This document shows, piece after piece, positions 31,152 to 32,000 of a stretch of 32,000 nt of DNA. Position 1 is the first letter of the stretch; every line of letters begins with the position of its first letter. The stretch spans positions 120,001 through 152,000 of the forward strand of contig NC_009664.2 in the NCBI RefSeq assembly GCF_000017305.1. Direction: 5' to 3'. The notes under the pieces are model-generated. The model ran no database searches. It was not told the DNA's origin and saw only the letters and a program-made list of their open reading frames with translations. The DNA comes from Kineococcus radiotolerans SRS30216 = ATCC BAA-149. Lineage in GTDB: Bacteria; Actinomycetota; Actinomycetes; Actinomycetales; Kineococcaceae. The position numbers and the translations under genes were made by a program.

Positions 31152-32000
31152 GAGGCACCCCCGGGTTCCGCGGGTTCCGCGAGTTCCTCGAGTTCTCCGA
31201 GTTCTCCGAGTTCCGCCACGACCCCCGCGACCGAGCGCAGCGTCACCGCGCGCCGCCAGTCCGGGTCGCCGTGCACGTCGGAGAACCAGCCCGGCCCCTC
31301 CGCCACGGCGGTGCGCACGTCCTGCACCGCGCGCGCGGTGGACGGCGCGGCCGGGTAGCGCAGCACCACCGGGCGCGGTGTCGCCGCCGTCACCGCCAGC
31401 GTGAACGTCCCGTCCGCGTCGCGGCGCGCGGTCACCAGCGACGCCGAGCGGCCGAGGCGCTGCAGCGAGGTGCGGCGGAACGCGGTGCGTCCGCGCAGCG
31501 CGCGCTCGGGCAGGTCCACCGCCCGCAGCACCTCCCCGGGGCGCAGCGCGGTGCGCCCGTCGCCCACCACGAACTCGGCCACCGGCAGGTGCCGGGTGGA
31601 ACCGTCCGCCCCCCACAGCTCCACGACGCCGTCGAGGGCGACGGCGAGGGAGGTCATGGCGCCGGCCGGCAGCGCCGTGCACACGTTGCCGCCGACGGTG
31701 GCCACCGCGCGCACCTTGAAGGAGGCCAGGAGCGCCCGCACGCACTGCCGCAGCAGCGGGTGCGCGGACCACCCCGGCCGGGCCGGCACGGCGGCCACCT
31801 CGGCCACCGGGCACGTCGCGGCCAGGCGCAGGCCCGCGGCGGAGACGGTCCAGGGCTGCCACTCCAGGGTGGTCAGGTCCACCAGGGTGCGCAGGTGCGG
31901 CTGCTCGCAGGAGAACAACCACGTCCCCCCGGCCAGGACGGAGGTCGTGCCCGCGCCGGTGTGCGCGGCGGCCAGCGCGGCGCGGTCACGCACGGGGATG
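31148..32000 (-). CDS. Xanthine-dehydrogenase-family FAD-binding (medium) subunit, probably 5'-truncated by the window edge
   Basis: The FAD-binding motif is LAGGTWLF, followed by [17 protein letters not shown]-dehydrogenase-flavoprotein-like C-terminus is present. An in-frame GTG exists at 31993, but the frame stays open to the window end and the usual N-terminal ~15 aa seem to be missing. Confidence 0.8.
   Translation of the reverse strand, partial: IPVRDRAALAAAHTGAGTTSVLAGGTWLFSCEQPHLRTLVDLTTLEWQPWTVSAAGLRLAATCPVAEVAAVPARPGWSAHPLLRQCVRALLASFKVRAVATVGGNVCTALPAGAMTSLAVALDGVVELWGADGSTRHLPVAEFVVGDGRTALRPGEVLRAVDLPERALRGRTAFRRTSLQRLGRSASLVTARRDADGTFTLAVTAATPRPVVLRYPAAPSTARAVQDVRTAVAEGPGWFSDVHGDPDWRRAVTLRSVAGVVAELGELGELEELAEPAEPGGAS
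31163..31216 (-). repeat. Six imperfect tandem copies of a 9-bp unit inside the 3' end of the FAD-subunit gene
   Basis: The units are GGGTTCCGC x2, GAGTTCCTC, GAGTTCTCC x2 and GAGTTCCGC. On the coding strand they encode [18 protein letters not shown]. The repeat ends 12 nt before the GTGA junction with the next gene. Confidence 0.9.

Noticed and set aside
1-32000. Mobile elements, CRISPR arrays, toxin-antitoxin or defence-system genes, and tRNA or rRNA genes.
   Set aside because: I found no transposase, integrase or recombinase motifs, no terminal inverted repeats flanking a block, no repeat-spacer periodicity and no cloverleaf-like segments. The only tandem repeat (31163-31216) is intragenic. 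All sizeable ORFs are accounted for by metabolic, transport, signalling or regulatory families.

Overview
This is a 32-kb window of very high-GC DNA, roughly 72-75% G+C by eye. It is almost certainly chromosomal DNA from an actinomycete: GTG starts are frequent, RBSs are GGAGG-type, neighbouring genes share 4-nt GTGA start/stop overlaps, and there is a Tat-lipoprotein solute-binding protein. A chemoreceptor gene suggests a motile actinomycete, possibly Kineococcus-like, but that is inference only.

I can support about 25 protein genes. I saw no rRNA, tRNA, CRISPR array, IS element, integrase or phage genes.

Layout:
- (i) 1-1061: 3' part of a saccharopine-dehydrogenase-like gene.
- (ii) 1497-5971: a signalling block. 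It holds an RsbQ/KAI2/D14-type alpha/beta-hydrolase directly upstream of a GAF-GAF-GGDEF diguanylate cyclase, followed by a HAMP methyl-accepting chemotaxis protein.
- (iii) 6134-16491: a polyol/sugar-alcohol utilisation locus. A minus-strand operon encodes a Zn-dependent dehydrogenase, a Tat-lipoprotein binding protein, two permeases and two MalK-type ATPases. It sits divergent from a SorC regulator plus an L-xylulose-reductase-like SDR, with a convergent FGGY kinase.
- (iv) 16790-20378: two small TetR-controlled modules. One pairs a TetR with an alpha/beta hydrolase; the other pairs a TetR with a deazaflavin (F420)-dependent nitroreductase-family protein. Each has conspicuous AT-rich operator-like palindromes.
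- (v) 20510-32000: a long minus-strand purine/ureide catabolic operon. In order it encodes the XDH FAD subunit (partial), a fused 2Fe-2S + molybdopterin subunit, XdhC, allantoinase, a PucG-like class-V aminotransferase, allantoate amidohydrolase, an RpiR regulator and an AtzH-like::amidase fusion.

Nothing here looks like a defence or mobile system. Four observations stand out:
- The RsbQ/KAI2-like hydrolase is coupled to a c-di-GMP synthase.
- The AtzH-like/amidase-signature fusion at the end of a ureidoglycine-aminotransferase-type purine operon could be the missing oxalurate-handling step.
- A 6 x 9-bp tandem repeat forms the C-terminal tail of the XDH flavoprotein.
- GGCTA-type operator arrays flank one of the TetR genes.

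All functional calls rest on motifs I recognise by eye. No database search was run.
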